This document shows, in pieces, positions 40,526 to 50,478 of a stretch of DNA of 64,000 bases. Where the stretch lies: assembly GCA_965116025.1 (NCBI GenBank), contig OZ220480.1, positions 1,440,001 through 1,504,000 of the forward strand, written 5' to 3'. Numbering within the stretch: position 1 is the first letter of the stretch; the number at the start of each line of letters is the position of its first letter. This stretch comes from an uncultured candidatus Porisulfidus sp. (GTDB taxonomy: Bacteria > Pseudomonadota > Gammaproteobacteria > Poriferisulfidales > Poriferisulfidaceae). Under the pieces are notes generated by a model that was not told the origin of the DNA, ran no database searches, and saw only the letters and a program-made list of their open reading frames with translations. Both the position numbers and the translations under genes were made by a program.

Positions 40526-41688
40526 GCGCGATGCGACTGACGGTGCTAGGCGCCTCGGGCACGATTGGCGTCAACACGCTGGATCTCGCCGCGCGTCATC
40601 CCGACCGCGTCGAGGTGTTCGCGCTCGCCGCCCGGTCGGATCACCCGACTTTGCTTGAGCAGTGCCGCCGGCATCGCCCTCGGTACGCCGCCTTGGTCGA
40701 CGCGGAGGCCGCGAGAAGCCTGCGCGCGGCCCTGCGCGCGGAGTCGCTTGACACCGAGGTCCTCCAGGGAGCCGGGGAGCTACGGGACTTGGCGAGCGAT
40801 CCGCGCGCCGACTGCGTGATGGCCGGGATCGTCGGATTGGCGGGGCTGGAGCCGACGCTGGCCGCGGTGCGCGCTGGGCGAAAGACGCTGCTCGCCAACA
40901 AGGAGGCGCTGGTGGCGGGCGGCGGGCTGTTCATGGACGAGGTGCGACGGCACGGTTGCGAGCTGGTGCCGGTCGACAGCGAGCACAACGCGCTGTTCCA
41001 GTGCCTGGCGAGCTCCTCGCCTGAGGCGATCGAGCGGGCGACCTTGACGGCTTCGGGCGGACCGTTTCGGGAGACCCCGCTGGAACGGCTCGACGAGGTC
41101 ACCCCGGACCAGGCATGCGCGCACCCGAATTGGTCGATGGGCCGAAAGATCTCCGTGGACTCCGCGACCATGATGAACAAGGGACTGGAGCTGATCGAGG
41201 CGCGCTGGCTGTTCGGCTTGGACGCCGATCGCGTGGACGCCGTGATCCATCCAGAGTCGATCGTTCATGCTCTGCTGACCCTGCGCGATGGCTCCACGCT
41301 GGCCCACTTGGGACCAGCTGATATGCGCGTGGCCATTGGGTACGCGCTGTTCGGGCGCGCGCGCCCGCCTTCTGGAGTCGAGCCCCTGAATCTGGCGGAA
41401 TGCGCGCCGCTGAACTGGTATCCGCCACCGCCTGGACGCTACCCATGCCTGGATCTGGCGCGGCAGGCGATGCGAAAGAATGGTTTCGCGCCGATCGTTC
41501 TGAACGCGGCCAACGAGGTCGCGGTCGACGGGTTTTTGCGGGAGCGCATACGGTTTCCGCGGATCGCGGCGGTGGTGGAGCGCACGCTGGAGGAGATTCC
41601 CTCGGGCGAGCCAGAGGGCATTGATGACATCCTCGAGGCGGACGGCGCGGCGCGCGAGCGCGCCCGACGCGCCATGGAGGCGCCATGA
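40522..41688 (+). CDS. dxr: 1-deoxy-D-xylulose 5-phosphate reductoisomerase
   Basis: LANKE, PVDSEHNA, TASGGPF, HPNWSMGRKISVDSATMMNKGLE. Confidence 0.97.
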   Translation: MSAMRLTVLGASGTIGVNTLDLAARHPDRVEVFALAARSDHPTLLEQCRRHRPRYAALVDAEAARSLRAALRAESLDTEVLQGAGELRDLASDPRADCVMAGIVGLAGLEPTLAAVRAGRKTLLANKEALVAGGGLFMDEVRRHGCELVPVDSEHNALFQCLASSSPEAIERATLTASGGPFRETPLERLDEVTPDQACAHPNWSMGRKISVDSATMMNKGLELIEARWLFGLDADRVDAVIHPESIVHALLTLRDGSTLAHLGPADMRVAIGYALFGRARPPSGVEPLNLAECAPLNWYPPPPGRYPCLDLARQAMRKNGFAPIVLNAANEVAVDGFLRERIRFPRIAAVVERTLEEIPSGEPEGIDDILEADGAARERARRAMEAP

Positions 41689-43040
41689 TCGTCGTGGTCA
41701 GTCTGGTGGCGTTCTTGGTCGCCATCTCGGCGCTCGTGACGTTCCACGAGCTTGGGCACTACTGGGTCGCTCGGCTTTGCGGCGTGACGGTGTTGCGGTT
41801 CTCGGTAGGCTTCGGGCGGCCGCTGTGGCGCCGGGTTTCGCGAAACGGAACCGAATGGGTGATCTCCGCTCTTCCGTTTGGCGGATACGTGAGGATGCTG
41901 GACCGGCGCGAATTCAAGAAGATCCCGGAGGAGCTCGAGGATGGGGAGTTCACTAGAAAGCCCCTGTATCAGCGAGCGGCGATCATCGCCGCCGGGCCGC
42001 TGTTCAACTTGCTGCTGGCCTTCCTCCTCTACTCTCTGGTGTTCATGACGGGCGAGCCTGGCCGACGGCCCCTGATCGGCCATGTGGCGGCAGGCTCCCC
42101 GGCCGCCGCCGCGGGGCTTCTTCCCGGAGACGAGTTGCTGTTCGTCAATGGAGAGCGGACGCGCACTTGGCAAGCCTTCATCGTGCCGCTTCTGGACACC
42201 GGTCTTGGCGACGGAGTCATGAGCATGGAGGTCCGTCGCGCTAATGGCGGCTTGGCGACGCTGGCGGTGGACTCGGGCTCGCGATTGCTGGAGGACGAGA
42301 ACGTCTTCAGCACGCTCGGGATGTTCCCTCTGCGCCCGACCTCCACGACCGTGATCGGCTCCGTCATGGATGGCGGACCGGCCGCGAGCGCTGGCATGCG
42401 CGGCGGCGATCGCGTGCTAAGCTTCGACGGTTTCCCGGTCACGAGTTGGGAAGGAATGTCGGAGTACGCGCGCGCGCGACCGGGACGGACCATGACGGTC
42501 GAGTTCGAGCGCGACGGACGGACCTCGCGGCGGGACGTTCGCGTCGAGGCGGCCGACGTCTCGGGCGAGACGGTCGGGCGAATCGGGATCGCCGCGTATC
42601 GCGACGAGGAACTCGCCGAGCGCTTGCGCGTCGTCGAGCGCTATCCGATCGGGCGGAGCCTGGTTCTGGGGGCGGAGCGGACCTGGGACTTCAGCGTCCT
42701 GACCGTGCGCTTGATCGGGCAATTGCTCACCGGCGGCGCGGCGCTCAAGAATATCAGCGGACCGGTCGGCATCGCCGAGTTCGCGGGAACGTCGGCCATG
42801 ATCGGGCTGGCGGCGTTCCTCTCCATGCTGGCTCTGCTGAGCGTCAGTCTGGGGATCCTCAATCTGCTTCCGATCCCGATCCTGGACGGTGGGCATCTGG
42901 TATATTGCTTGCTTGAGGCGCTGACCGGCCGGCCGGTGTCGGCGCGGTTCGAGGCCATCGCCCAGCGCCTAGGCATCGTCATGCTGGCGGCGCTGATGGG
43001 GCTCGCCCTTTACAATGACTTCGCTCGATTGCTGGGATAG
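41685..43040 (+). CDS. rseP: RIP metalloprotease RseP
   Basis: HELGH, AGPLFN, two PDZ domains, NLLPIPILDGG. Confidence 0.96.
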   Translation: MIVVVSLVAFLVAISALVTFHELGHYWVARLCGVTVLRFSVGFGRPLWRRVSRNGTEWVISALPFGGYVRMLDRREFKKIPEELEDGEFTRKPLYQRAAIIAAGPLFNLLLAFLLYSLVFMTGEPGRRPLIGHVAAGSPAAAAGLLPGDELLFVNGERTRTWQAFIVPLLDTGLGDGVMSMEVRRANGGLATLAVDSGSRLLEDENVFSTLGMFPLRPTSTTVIGSVMDGGPAASAGMRGGDRVLSFDGFPVTSWEGMSEYARARPGRTMTVEFERDGRTSRRDVRVEAADVSGETVGRIGIAAYRDEELAERLRVVERYPIGRSLVLGAERTWDFSVLTVRLIGQLLTGGAALKNISGPVGIAEFAGTSAMIGLAAFLSMLALLSVSLGILNLLPIPILDGGHLVYCLLEALTGRPVSARFEAIAQRLGIVMLAALMGLALYNDFARLLG

Positions 43041-43044
43041 TCCG

Positions 43045-45387
43045 TTGCCGCGCCTGAAACTCACCCTGATTCCGCTCGCGCTCGCCTTGTCGCTGGCGAC
43101 CTCCCAGACGTTCGCGTTCGTGGTCGAGGACATCGAGTTGCGGGGGCTGCAGCGCCTGGAGGCGGCCACCGTGTTCACCTATCTGCCGGTGGAGGTGGGC
43201 GAGGAGTTCGACGTGGACCGCTCGCGCGAGGTGGTGCGCGCCCTGTTCCAGTCCCAGCTGTTCAGCGACGTGCAGGTGGAGCGACGCGGCGACGTGCTGG
43301 TGATCACGGTAGTGGAGCGGCCAGCCATCACCGAGATCGCCTTCGACGGCCTTGAGGTCATCAAGGACGAGACTCTCGAGGAGGTGCTGGAGAACGCCGG
43401 CATCGCCACCGGGCGGATATTCAACCAGCCGTTGCTGGACCGGCTCAATAACGAGATCCTGCAGCAGTACCACGCGATCGGCTTCTACAACGCGGAGGTC
43501 GACGTCGATGTGGTCGACATGGGCGCGAACCGAGTCTCCATCAACATCAACGTGGTGGAGGGCGAGCCGGCGGCCATCCGGCAGGTGCGCGTGATCGGCA
43601 ACGTCTCCTACACCGAGGAGCGCCTGCTGGACCTGTTCGAATCCTCCGAGCCGGCCTGGTACGACATCTTGGGGAACACGGGCAAGTATTCCCGAGCGCA
43701 GCTCTCGGGCGATCTGGAACGGCTTCGCTCGTTCTATCTGAACCGGGGATTTCTCAAGTTCCGAGTGGATTCGGCGCAGATTTCGCTGAGCCCGGACCGC
43801 GGCGGCATCTACATCACGGTCCACATCAACGAGGGACGTCGCTTCGTGGTGCGCGAGGTGTCGCTGTCCGGCATTTTCATCGTGCCGAGAGAGGACTTGG
43901 TTTCGTTGCTGACCATCCATGCGGGAGAGTTTTTCTCGAGCGCTCGGGCGCGGACCTCGAGCGATCGCCTGAAGGCCCGTTTGGGCGAGGATGGCTATTC
44001 TTTCGCCAAGGTCAACCCGGTCACCGATCTCGACGAGGAGGCGGGCGAGGTGACGATCAACTTCTTCATCGACCCGGGGCAACGCGTGTACGTGAGGCGC
44101 ATCGAGATCACGGGCAACTACACGACCCAGGATGAGGTGTTGCGTCGGGAACTGCGCCAGATGGAGGGGGCCTGGCTGTCGACCCCGAAACTGGATCTGT
44201 CGCGGCGGCGTCTGCAGCGTCTGGCGTACATCGACAGCGTGGAAATCACGCAGACCCGGGTGCCGGGCACCAACGACCAGGTCGACCTGACCATCGCGGT
44301 CACGGAACGTCTGGCCGGCAACCTTACCGCCGGCATCGGGTTCAGCAGCGGCAGCGGCCTCTCGCTGGCGGCCGGCGTGGAGCAGGAGAACTTCTTCGGC
44401 ACCGGCAACCGCGTCGGGTTCCATTTCGACAACAGCGAGATATCGACGCGCTACTCCTTCGACTTCTACAACCCGTACTACACCAGCAACGGAGTCAGCC
44501 GCGGCTTCGGTATCAGCACGCGCCGGGTGGACACGGGCGATGGCGACGATCAGCGCACTGAGTACGAGTCTCGCGACTACATGGGCTATCTGAGCTACGG
44601 CATTCCCATCTCCGAGGACAGCACGTTCAACTTCACCACCCGCTTCCAGAAAATTAATTTCAACGTAGGCTCGGGCTCGTCCTTTCTGGTTCGCGGGTTC
44701 CTCGCGGACCACGACGGCGATTGCCGATACCGCCTAGCGATCGCGAACACGCGGGGAAACCTGCTCTCCTGCAGGGCCACGTACTACAACCTGTCGCTCG
44801 TCGGCGCCTTCACCTACGACACCCGCGACCGCAGCCTGTTCACCCGCGAGGGCTCGCTGCGCCAGGTGTCGGCGCAGGCCACGACGCCTGGCAGCGGACT
44901 GGAATACTACACCCTGTCCTACATCCAGCAGGAATACTTGAAGCTGACCGAGGACGTGACCTTGGCGATCAAGGGCGACGCCGCCTACGGCGACGGCTAC
45001 GGGGGCACCGACGATCTTCCGTTCTCGCAGAAGTTCGTGTCCGGCGGGCCGCGGAGCGTGCGCGGCTTCAAGGTGAACACGCTCGCGCCCCGCGACGAGT
45101 TCGACGAGCCGTACGGGGGCAACCTGAAACTGGGCTATTCGCTCGAGCTGACGTTCCCGATCCCGTTCATCGACGAGGCCAACCTGCGCGGGGTCATGTT
45201 CCTGGATTCCGGGTACGTGTTCGAGGACGCGGAGGATTTCGACATCCAGGAGATGCGAGGGTCGGTCGGTGTCGGGGTGTCCTGGCTGTCGCCGCTTGGC
45301 GGCGTGTCGCTGGTCGTGTCCACGCAAATCAACGACCACGAGACGGACAAGACGGAGTCGTTCCAGTTCAATCTTGGGTCGCTTTAG
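43045..45387 (+). CDS. bamA: Outer membrane protein assembly factor BamA
   Basis: Signal peptide, five POTRA domains, VRGF motif, C-terminal FQFNLG. Start uncertain (TTG 43045 or ATG 43015). Confidence 0.95.
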   Translation: MPRLKLTLIPLALALSLATSQTFAFVVEDIELRGLQRLEAATVFTYLPVEVGEEFDVDRSREVVRALFQSQLFSDVQVERRGDVLVITVVERPAITEIAFDGLEVIKDETLEEVLENAGIATGRIFNQPLLDRLNNEILQQYHAIGFYNAEVDVDVVDMGANRVSININVVEGEPAAIRQVRVIGNVSYTEERLLDLFESSEPAWYDILGNTGKYSRAQLSGDLERLRSFYLNRGFLKFRVDSAQISLSPDRGGIYITVHINEGRRFVVREVSLSGIFIVPREDLVSLLTIHAGEFFSSARARTSSDRLKARLGEDGYSFAKVNPVTDLDEEAGEVTINFFIDPGQRVYVRRIEITGNYTTQDEVLRRELRQMEGAWLSTPKLDLSRRRLQRLAYIDSVEITQTRVPGTNDQVDLTIAVTERLAGNLTAGIGFSSGSGLSLAAGVEQENFFGTGNRVGFHFDNSEISTRYSFDFYNPYYTSNGVSRGFGISTRRVDTGDGDDQRTEYESRDYMGYLSYGIPISEDSTFNFTTRFQKINFNVGSGSSFLVRGFLADHDGDCRYRLAIANTRGNLLSCRATYYNLSLVGAFTYDTRDRSLFTREGSLRQVSAQATTPGSGLEYYTLSYIQQEYLKLTEDVTLAIKGDAAYGDGYGGTDDLPFSQKFVSGGPRSVRGFKVNTLAPRDEFDEPYGGNLKLGYSLELTFPIPFIDEANLRGVMFLDSGYVFEDAEDFDIQEMRGSVGVGVSWLSPLGGVSLVVSTQINDHETDKTESFQFNLGSL

Positions 45388-45426
45388 GGCGACGGTGTAG
45401 AATTGTCGCCGACAGGAGCGTTCTTT

Positions 45427-45942
45427 ATGATGAAACCATCTCTTTTTCGGGCCCGCGCCATCGGCGTGGCGCTGATCCTCATGAGCGGCGCGGCCGCGGC
45501 GCAAAATGCGAAGATCGGATTCGTCGACGTGGGCCGCCTTCTGGAGGATTCTCCGCAGGCGGTCGCGGCGCGGCAGAAGCTGCAGAACGAGTTCTCTCCG
45601 CGCAACGAGGAGCTGGAGAAGCTCCACAAGGAGGTGACGGATCTGGCCCAGAAACTGGCGGGGGAGAGCGACATGATGTCGGAGCAGCAGCGGGTTGAGC
45701 GGGAGCGGGACGTGCAGCGCCGCCGGCGCGACTTCGAGCGCAAGCGCGACGAGGTGCGCGAGGACTTGGCGATCCGCCGCAACGAAGAGCTCGGCAAGCT
45801 GCAGAAAGAGGTCAACGTGGTGGTGGCCGAGATCGCGAGCGACGAGGGCTTCGACCTGATCCTGACCCAGGCCGTGAGCCTGTACGCCAGCAAGCGCATC
45901 GACATCACGGATCAGGTGCTCAAGAAGATGAGCAATCCATAG
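45427..45942 (+). CDS. skp: Periplasmic chaperone Skp/OmpH
   Basis: Signal peptide, KIGFVD, coiled coil, DITDQVLK. Confidence 0.93.
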   Translation: MMKPSLFRARAIGVALILMSGAAAAQNAKIGFVDVGRLLEDSPQAVAARQKLQNEFSPRNEELEKLHKEVTDLAQKLAGESDMMSEQQRVERERDVQRRRRDFERKRDEVREDLAIRRNEELGKLQKEVNVVVAEIASDEGFDLILTQAVSLYASKRIDITDQVLKKMSNP

Positions 45943-45947
45943 CCCGC

Positions 45948-46967
45948 GTGGCGTCGCTGACCCTGGGCCAGATCGCGGAACTCGCGAACGCCCGGATCCC
46001 CGATCCTCCGCCGGCTCCAGATCTCCGCATCGATCACGCGGCTTCCCTGAGTGGCGCCGGGCCCGGCGCCATATCCTTCTACAACCACGCGCGGCATCGG
46101 GCCGATTTGGCGCGCACCCGGGCCAGCGCGGTGCTGTTGCGCGGGTCGGACCGGGCGCGTTGCCCGGTTCTCGCGCTGGCCTGCGAGGACCCATATCTCG
46201 GCCTCGCGCGGGTGCTGCAGGCCTTGTACCCGCTCCCCGAGGTCGCCCACTTCATCCATCCCGGAGCCAAGGTCGACGACCGCGCGCGGCTGGAAGCTCC
46301 AGTGCGAGTGGACTTCGGGTGCGTGGTCGGGTCGGGCGCTCGAATCGGCGCGGGCAGCGCGCTGGGCCCGCACTGCGTGGTTGGCGCCGGCGCGATCCTG
46401 GGCGAGGGTTGCGTCCTGCACGGCCGGGTCACCCTGCGCGAGGGAGTGCGACTGGGCGACCGGGTCGAGATTTGGCCCGGCGCGGTGCTCGGATCCGACG
46501 GATTCGGGTATGCCCAGGAAGACCGACGGTGGGTCAAGCTGACGCACCGCGGCGGCGTGCGCGTCGGGGACGACTGTGAGATCGGCGCCAACAGCACGAT
46601 CGACCGCGGCATGCTGGACGACACCGTGATCGGGCGCGGAGTCAAGATTGACAATCAGGTGCAGGTGGCGCACAACGTCCACATTGGCGACCACTCCGCG
46701 GTCGCGGGGTGCGCGGGCATCGCGGGCAGCGCCCGGATCGGCCGCTACTGCCAAATCGGAGGAGGCGCGGGCGTGCAGGGGCACGTGGAGCTGGCCGATG
46801 GGGTTATCATTACCGGCATGTCCAAGGCGAACCGGACGCTGACCCACGCCGGAGCGTACAGCTCCGGAACGGGCATTCAGGAGAACGCGGATTGGCTGCG
46901 CAACGCGGCGCGCTTCCGGCGGTTGGACCGGATCGCGCGCGCCTTGCGGGAGGAAGAGAAAGCGTGA
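45948..46967 (+). CDS. lpxD: UDP-3-O-acylglucosamine N-acyltransferase
   Basis: Hexapeptide repeats, GSDGFGY, IDRG, KIDNQVQVAHNV. Confidence 0.96.
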   Translation: MASLTLGQIAELANARIPDPPPAPDLRIDHAASLSGAGPGAISFYNHARHRADLARTRASAVLLRGSDRARCPVLALACEDPYLGLARVLQALYPLPEVAHFIHPGAKVDDRARLEAPVRVDFGCVVGSGARIGAGSALGPHCVVGAGAILGEGCVLHGRVTLREGVRLGDRVEIWPGAVLGSDGFGYAQEDRRWVKLTHRGGVRVGDDCEIGANSTIDRGMLDDTVIGRGVKIDNQVQVAHNVHIGDHSAVAGCAGIAGSARIGRYCQIGGGAGVQGHVELADGVIITGMSKANRTLTHAGAYSSGTGIQENADWLRNAARFRRLDRIARALREEEKA

Positions 46968-47422
46968 GCGAGGATTTCGACATTCGGGCGATTCACCGGC
47001 TGCTGCCGCACCGCTATCCATTTCTGCTTGTGGACCGGATCCTGCGGCTGGACCCGGGCGCCTCGATCCAGGCGGTCAAGAACGTGACGATGGACGAGCC
47101 GTGCTTCCCGGGACATTTCCCGGAGAATCCGATCTTTCCAGGCGTCCTGATCCTGGAGGTGATGGCGCAAGCGTCGGGCCTGCTGGTCTTCAAGTCGCCG
47201 GAATACTGTCCGAAGGACGAGAATCTGTACATGCTGGTCGGGGTCGACAAGGCCCGTTTCAAGAAGCCGGTGGTGCCGGGCGACCGGTTGGTGGTGGAGG
47301 TCGATCTGCTGCGGATGCGCCAGAACTGCGCGTCTTTCGACGCCGTCGCCCGGGTCGATGGCGATGTGGTGGCCAGCGCCGGGATCATGTGCATGTTCAA
47401 GGAACTTTCGCCCGCCGCGTAG
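46964..47422 (+). CDS. fabZ: 3-hydroxyacyl-ACP dehydratase
   Basis: LPHRYPFLLVDR, FPGHFP, PGVLILE.MAQ. GTG start at 46964. Confidence 0.97.
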   Translation: MSEDFDIRAIHRLLPHRYPFLLVDRILRLDPGASIQAVKNVTMDEPCFPGHFPENPIFPGVLILEVMAQASGLLVFKSPEYCPKDENLYMLVGVDKARFKKPVVPGDRLVVEVDLLRMRQNCASFDAVARVDGDVVASAGIMCMFKELSPAA

Positions 47423-47435
47423 CCGGCCTCGAGGC

Positions 47436-48218
47436 TTGAACGTTCATCCGACGGCCGTAGTGGACGCGGGGGCGGAGATCGATCCCGATGCGGAGATCGG
47501 GCCTTACGCGATCATCGGGCCGCGCGTCCGCATCGGCGCTGGCACCCGGGTCGGCTCGCACGCCGTCGTCACCGGGCGCACCACCGTGGGCCGGAACAAC
47601 AGGATATTTCCATTCGCCGCCGTCGGCGGGATCCCGCAGGACAAGAAGTACGCGGGAGAGGACAGCGAGTTGGTGATCGGCGACGGCAACACGATCCGCG
47701 AGCACGCGACCCTGAACGTCGGCACGGCTCAGGGAGGCGGCCGCACCCGCGTCGGCGATCGGAACTGGATCATGGCGTACGTGCACATCGCGCATGACTG
47801 CGTGATCGGGGACGACGCGACGTTCGCCAACGGCGCGACGCTGGCGGGCCACGTCGAGGTCCAGGATCACGCTACCCTGGGCGGCTTCACGCTGGTGCAC
47901 CAGTTCTGCCGCGTTGGCCTCCACGCGTTCAGCGGAATGGGGTCCGCCCTGAACAAGGACCTGCCTCCTTTCGTGCTGGCGTCGGGCAACTTGGCCCGGG
48001 CCCGTGGGATCAATCGGGAGGGCTTGCGCCGGGCTGGCTTCTCCGGAGAGACGATGGAGGCGCTGGGACGGGCTTATCGGTTGCTGGTACGGACGCCCGG
48101 CGCGCTGGCGGAGGACGAGATCCAGCGACTCGCCGGACGATACCCGGAGGTCGAGCGGATGCGGGCGTTCATCGCCGAGAGCCGGCGCGGAATTACGCGA
48201 GGAGGGGATTCCGGCTGA
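47436..48218 (+). CDS. lpxA: Acyl-ACP--UDP-GlcNAc(3N) acyltransferase
   Basis: VHPTAVV, PQDKKY, HIAHDC, LAGHV, VHQF. TTG start at 47436. Confidence 0.96.
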   Translation: MNVHPTAVVDAGAEIDPDAEIGPYAIIGPRVRIGAGTRVGSHAVVTGRTTVGRNNRIFPFAAVGGIPQDKKYAGEDSELVIGDGNTIREHATLNVGTAQGGGRTRVGDRNWIMAYVHIAHDCVIGDDATFANGATLAGHVEVQDHATLGGFTLVHQFCRVGLHAFSGMGSALNKDLPPFVLASGNLARARGINREGLRRAGFSGETMEALGRAYRLLVRTPGALAEDEIQRLAGRYPEVERMRAFIAESRRGITRGGDSG

Positions 48219-48221
48219 ACC

Positions 48222-48237
48222 CCCGCCATCAGGCGGG
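48222..48237. terminator. Small hairpin between convergent lpxA and lpxB
   Basis: CCCGCC-ATCA-GGCGGG fills the 21-nt gap between the two stop codons. Confidence 0.4.
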
Positions 48238-48239
48238 AA

Positions 48240-49394
48240 TCATCCGGCCGTCCCGATCATTCGCTCCACGCGGTCCGCCAGCGGGCCCATGCCGACCGCC
48301 GGCCCCAGCCGCTCCTCGACGATTCCCAATCGCTCGCGCGTCTGATCGAGGCGGGCCGGCTCGTTCAGCCAGGGCGTGAGGGCCTCCGCGACCCGGTCGG
48401 GCGTCGCGTCGGCCTGGATCAGCTCGTCCACCAGGTCCGCGCCCGCGACGATGTTCGCGAGACAGTAGCGGTCGACGCGAACCAGAACGCGCGCCAGCGC
48501 GTAGCTGATTCCGGCCAGACGATAGATCATGCAGAACGGCACGCGCATCAGAGCCAGTTGCAGGGTGACGGTGCCGGAGGCCGCCACCGCCATGTCGCAG
48601 ATCCGCATGACGTCGTAGACGGGCTCTCGCAGGCATTTGACCTCAGGCAGTCCCGCCAGCCATGGCGCGTAGTCGTCCGGTTCCCTTCCGGGCGCTACCG
48701 CCAGCGCGAATTGGGGTCGGGCGGGATGCTCCCGCAACAACCGCGCCGCGCCGGCGCAAACCGGAGCCAGCCGCTCCAGCTCGCCGCTCCGGGAGCCGGG
48801 GAACAGCCCCACCACCGGTCGCCGCGAGTCGATGCCCCAGCGCTCGCGGAGCGCCTCGGGCGGCTGGGTCGAGACGGTCCGCCCGCGCAGGGGGTGTCCG
48901 ACGAAGGACACGGGCACGCCGCGCTTCTCGTAGAAATCGCGCTCGAACGGGAAGACGACCGCCATGTGGTCGACGCGGCGGCGGATGGAGCTCGCCCGCC
49001 AGGGCCGCCAGGCCCAGACTTGCGGGCTGATGTAGAACAGCGTCGGCGTTCCGCGTCGCCGCGCGAAGCACGCGAGCCTCAGGTTGAATTCCGGGTAGTC
49101 GACGAGCACCAGCAGCGTCGGGTGCCGCGCGCGGACCTCCCGCTTGAGAGCCTTCAGGGCGGCGCGGATCTCCCGGTAGCGCCGCAGAACCTCCACCAGC
49201 CCGACCACCGCCAGATCGGTGGAATCGATGATCGTCTCGACGCCGGCCGCGCGCGACGCCTCGCCGCCCATCCCGAAATAGGTCCAGTCGGGGTGGCGGG
49301 AGCGGAGCTCCTCGACCAGTTCCGCCGCGTATCGGTCTCCGGACGCTTCCCCGGACACCAGCATCAGGCGCGGGGCCGTATCAGGAGAGCGCAC
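48240..49394 (-). CDS. lpxB: Lipid-A-disaccharide synthase
   Basis: GEASGD, VDYPEFN, YISPQVWAWR, PGSRSGE, ASGTVTL. GTG start at 49394 (alternative ATG 49364). Confidence 0.96.
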   Translation of the reverse strand: MRSPDTAPRLMLVSGEASGDRYAAELVEELRSRHPDWTYFGMGGEASRAAGVETIIDSTDLAVVGLVEVLRRYREIRAALKALKREVRARHPTLLVLVDYPEFNLRLACFARRRGTPTLFYISPQVWAWRPWRASSIRRRVDHMAVVFPFERDFYEKRGVPVSFVGHPLRGRTVSTQPPEALRERWGIDSRRPVVGLFPGSRSGELERLAPVCAGAARLLREHPARPQFALAVAPGREPDDYAPWLAGLPEVKCLREPVYDVMRICDMAVAASGTVTLQLALMRVPFCMIYRLAGISYALARVLVRVDRYCLANIVAGADLVDELIQADATPDRVAEALTPWLNEPARLDQTRERLGIVEERLGPAVGMGPLADRVERMIGTAG

Positions 49395-50478
49395 GGTCGA
49401 CGCCGGCGCGGACCCGCTCGATCTGGTCCGGCCGGAGTTCCGGGAACATGGGCAGCGAGAGGCATTGCCGGCAAACCTCCTCCACGCCCGGCAGCGAGAC
49501 CCCGGCGGTCCAGCGCGCGTAGGCCGGTTGCCGATGCAGGGGGATCGGGTAGTAGACCCGGCTTTCCACACTGTCCTCGGCCAGACTCTTTCGGATGGAG
49601 TCGCGCCGCGGACTCAGCAACGTGTACTGGTGCCAGACGTGGCCTTCCGCGCTTTCGGGCGCGCGGACGCCTTCGCGCTGGTGGAGGCTCTCGGTGTAGC
49701 GCTCCGCGACTCGCCGCCGCCGGAGATTCCATTCGGCGACATGCGGGAGCTTGACGCGCAGGATGGCGGCTTGGATCTCGTCGATTCGGCTGTTCAGTCC
49801 CAGGGTTTCGTGGCGGTAGGGCTGGCGGGAGCCATGGTTGCGCAGGGCGCGCATCCGCTCGGCGAGCTCTGGATCGTCGGTCGCCACGGCCCCGCCGTCG
49901 CCGCATCCGCCCAAGTTCTTGCTGGGAAAGAAGCTAAAGGAGGCTATCTGGCCGAGGCTGCCGGTGGCCCGCCCCGCGATTCTCGCCCCGAAGCTTTGCG
50001 CGCAATCCTCGATGATGGCGATTTCCGGGCCGACCGCGTCCCGAATCGCGGCGACGTTGGCGGGGCGACCGAACAGATGCACCACCACGACCGCGCGGGC
50101 GCGGTCCGTGACCGCGTCACGGCACGATTCCGGGTCAATCAGGAAACTGCTCGGGTCGATGTCCACGAACACCGGGCGGGCGCCGGTCAGGGCGGCCGCC
50201 TCGGCCGGCGCGGCGAACGTGAAGGCGGGCACCAGCACGTCGTCGCCCGGACCGATCTCCAGCGCGCGCAACGCCAGACTCAGCGCGTCCGTGCCGGAGG
50301 CGCAACCGACCGCGTGGGCGATGCCGAGCGACGCGGCGAGCTCTGTCTCCAGCGCCTCGACTTCCGGGCCGAGCACGTAGCGCCCGCCGCGCAGCACCCG
50401 CAGGACCGCGGCCTCGATCTCCTCGCGCAAGGTCGCGTGCTGCGCGGTCAGATCCAGAAGCGGAACGGCGGCGCTCAT
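49381..50478 (-). CDS. gnnB: DegT/DnrJ/EryC1/StrS aminotransferase, probable GnnB
   Basis: SGTDAL, IIEDCAQ, SFFPSKNLG PLP lysine motif, NSRIDEIQAA. Lies between a Gfo/Idh/MocA gene and lpxB. Family call is strong, gnnB assignment rests on synteny. Confidence 0.8.
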   Translation of the reverse strand: MSAAVPLLDLTAQHATLREEIEAAVLRVLRGGRYVLGPEVEALETELAASLGIAHAVGCASGTDALSLALRALEIGPGDDVLVPAFTFAAPAEAAALTGARPVFVDIDPSSFLIDPESCRDAVTDRARAVVVVHLFGRPANVAAIRDAVGPEIAIIEDCAQSFGARIAGRATGSLGQIASFSFFPSKNLGGCGDGGAVATDDPELAERMRALRNHGSRQPYRHETLGLNSRIDEIQAAILRVKLPHVAEWNLRRRRVAERYTESLHQREGVRAPESAEGHVWHQYTLLSPRRDSIRKSLAEDSVESRVYYPIPLHRQPAYARWTAGVSLPGVEEVCRQCLSLPMFPELRPDQIERVRAGVDRALS

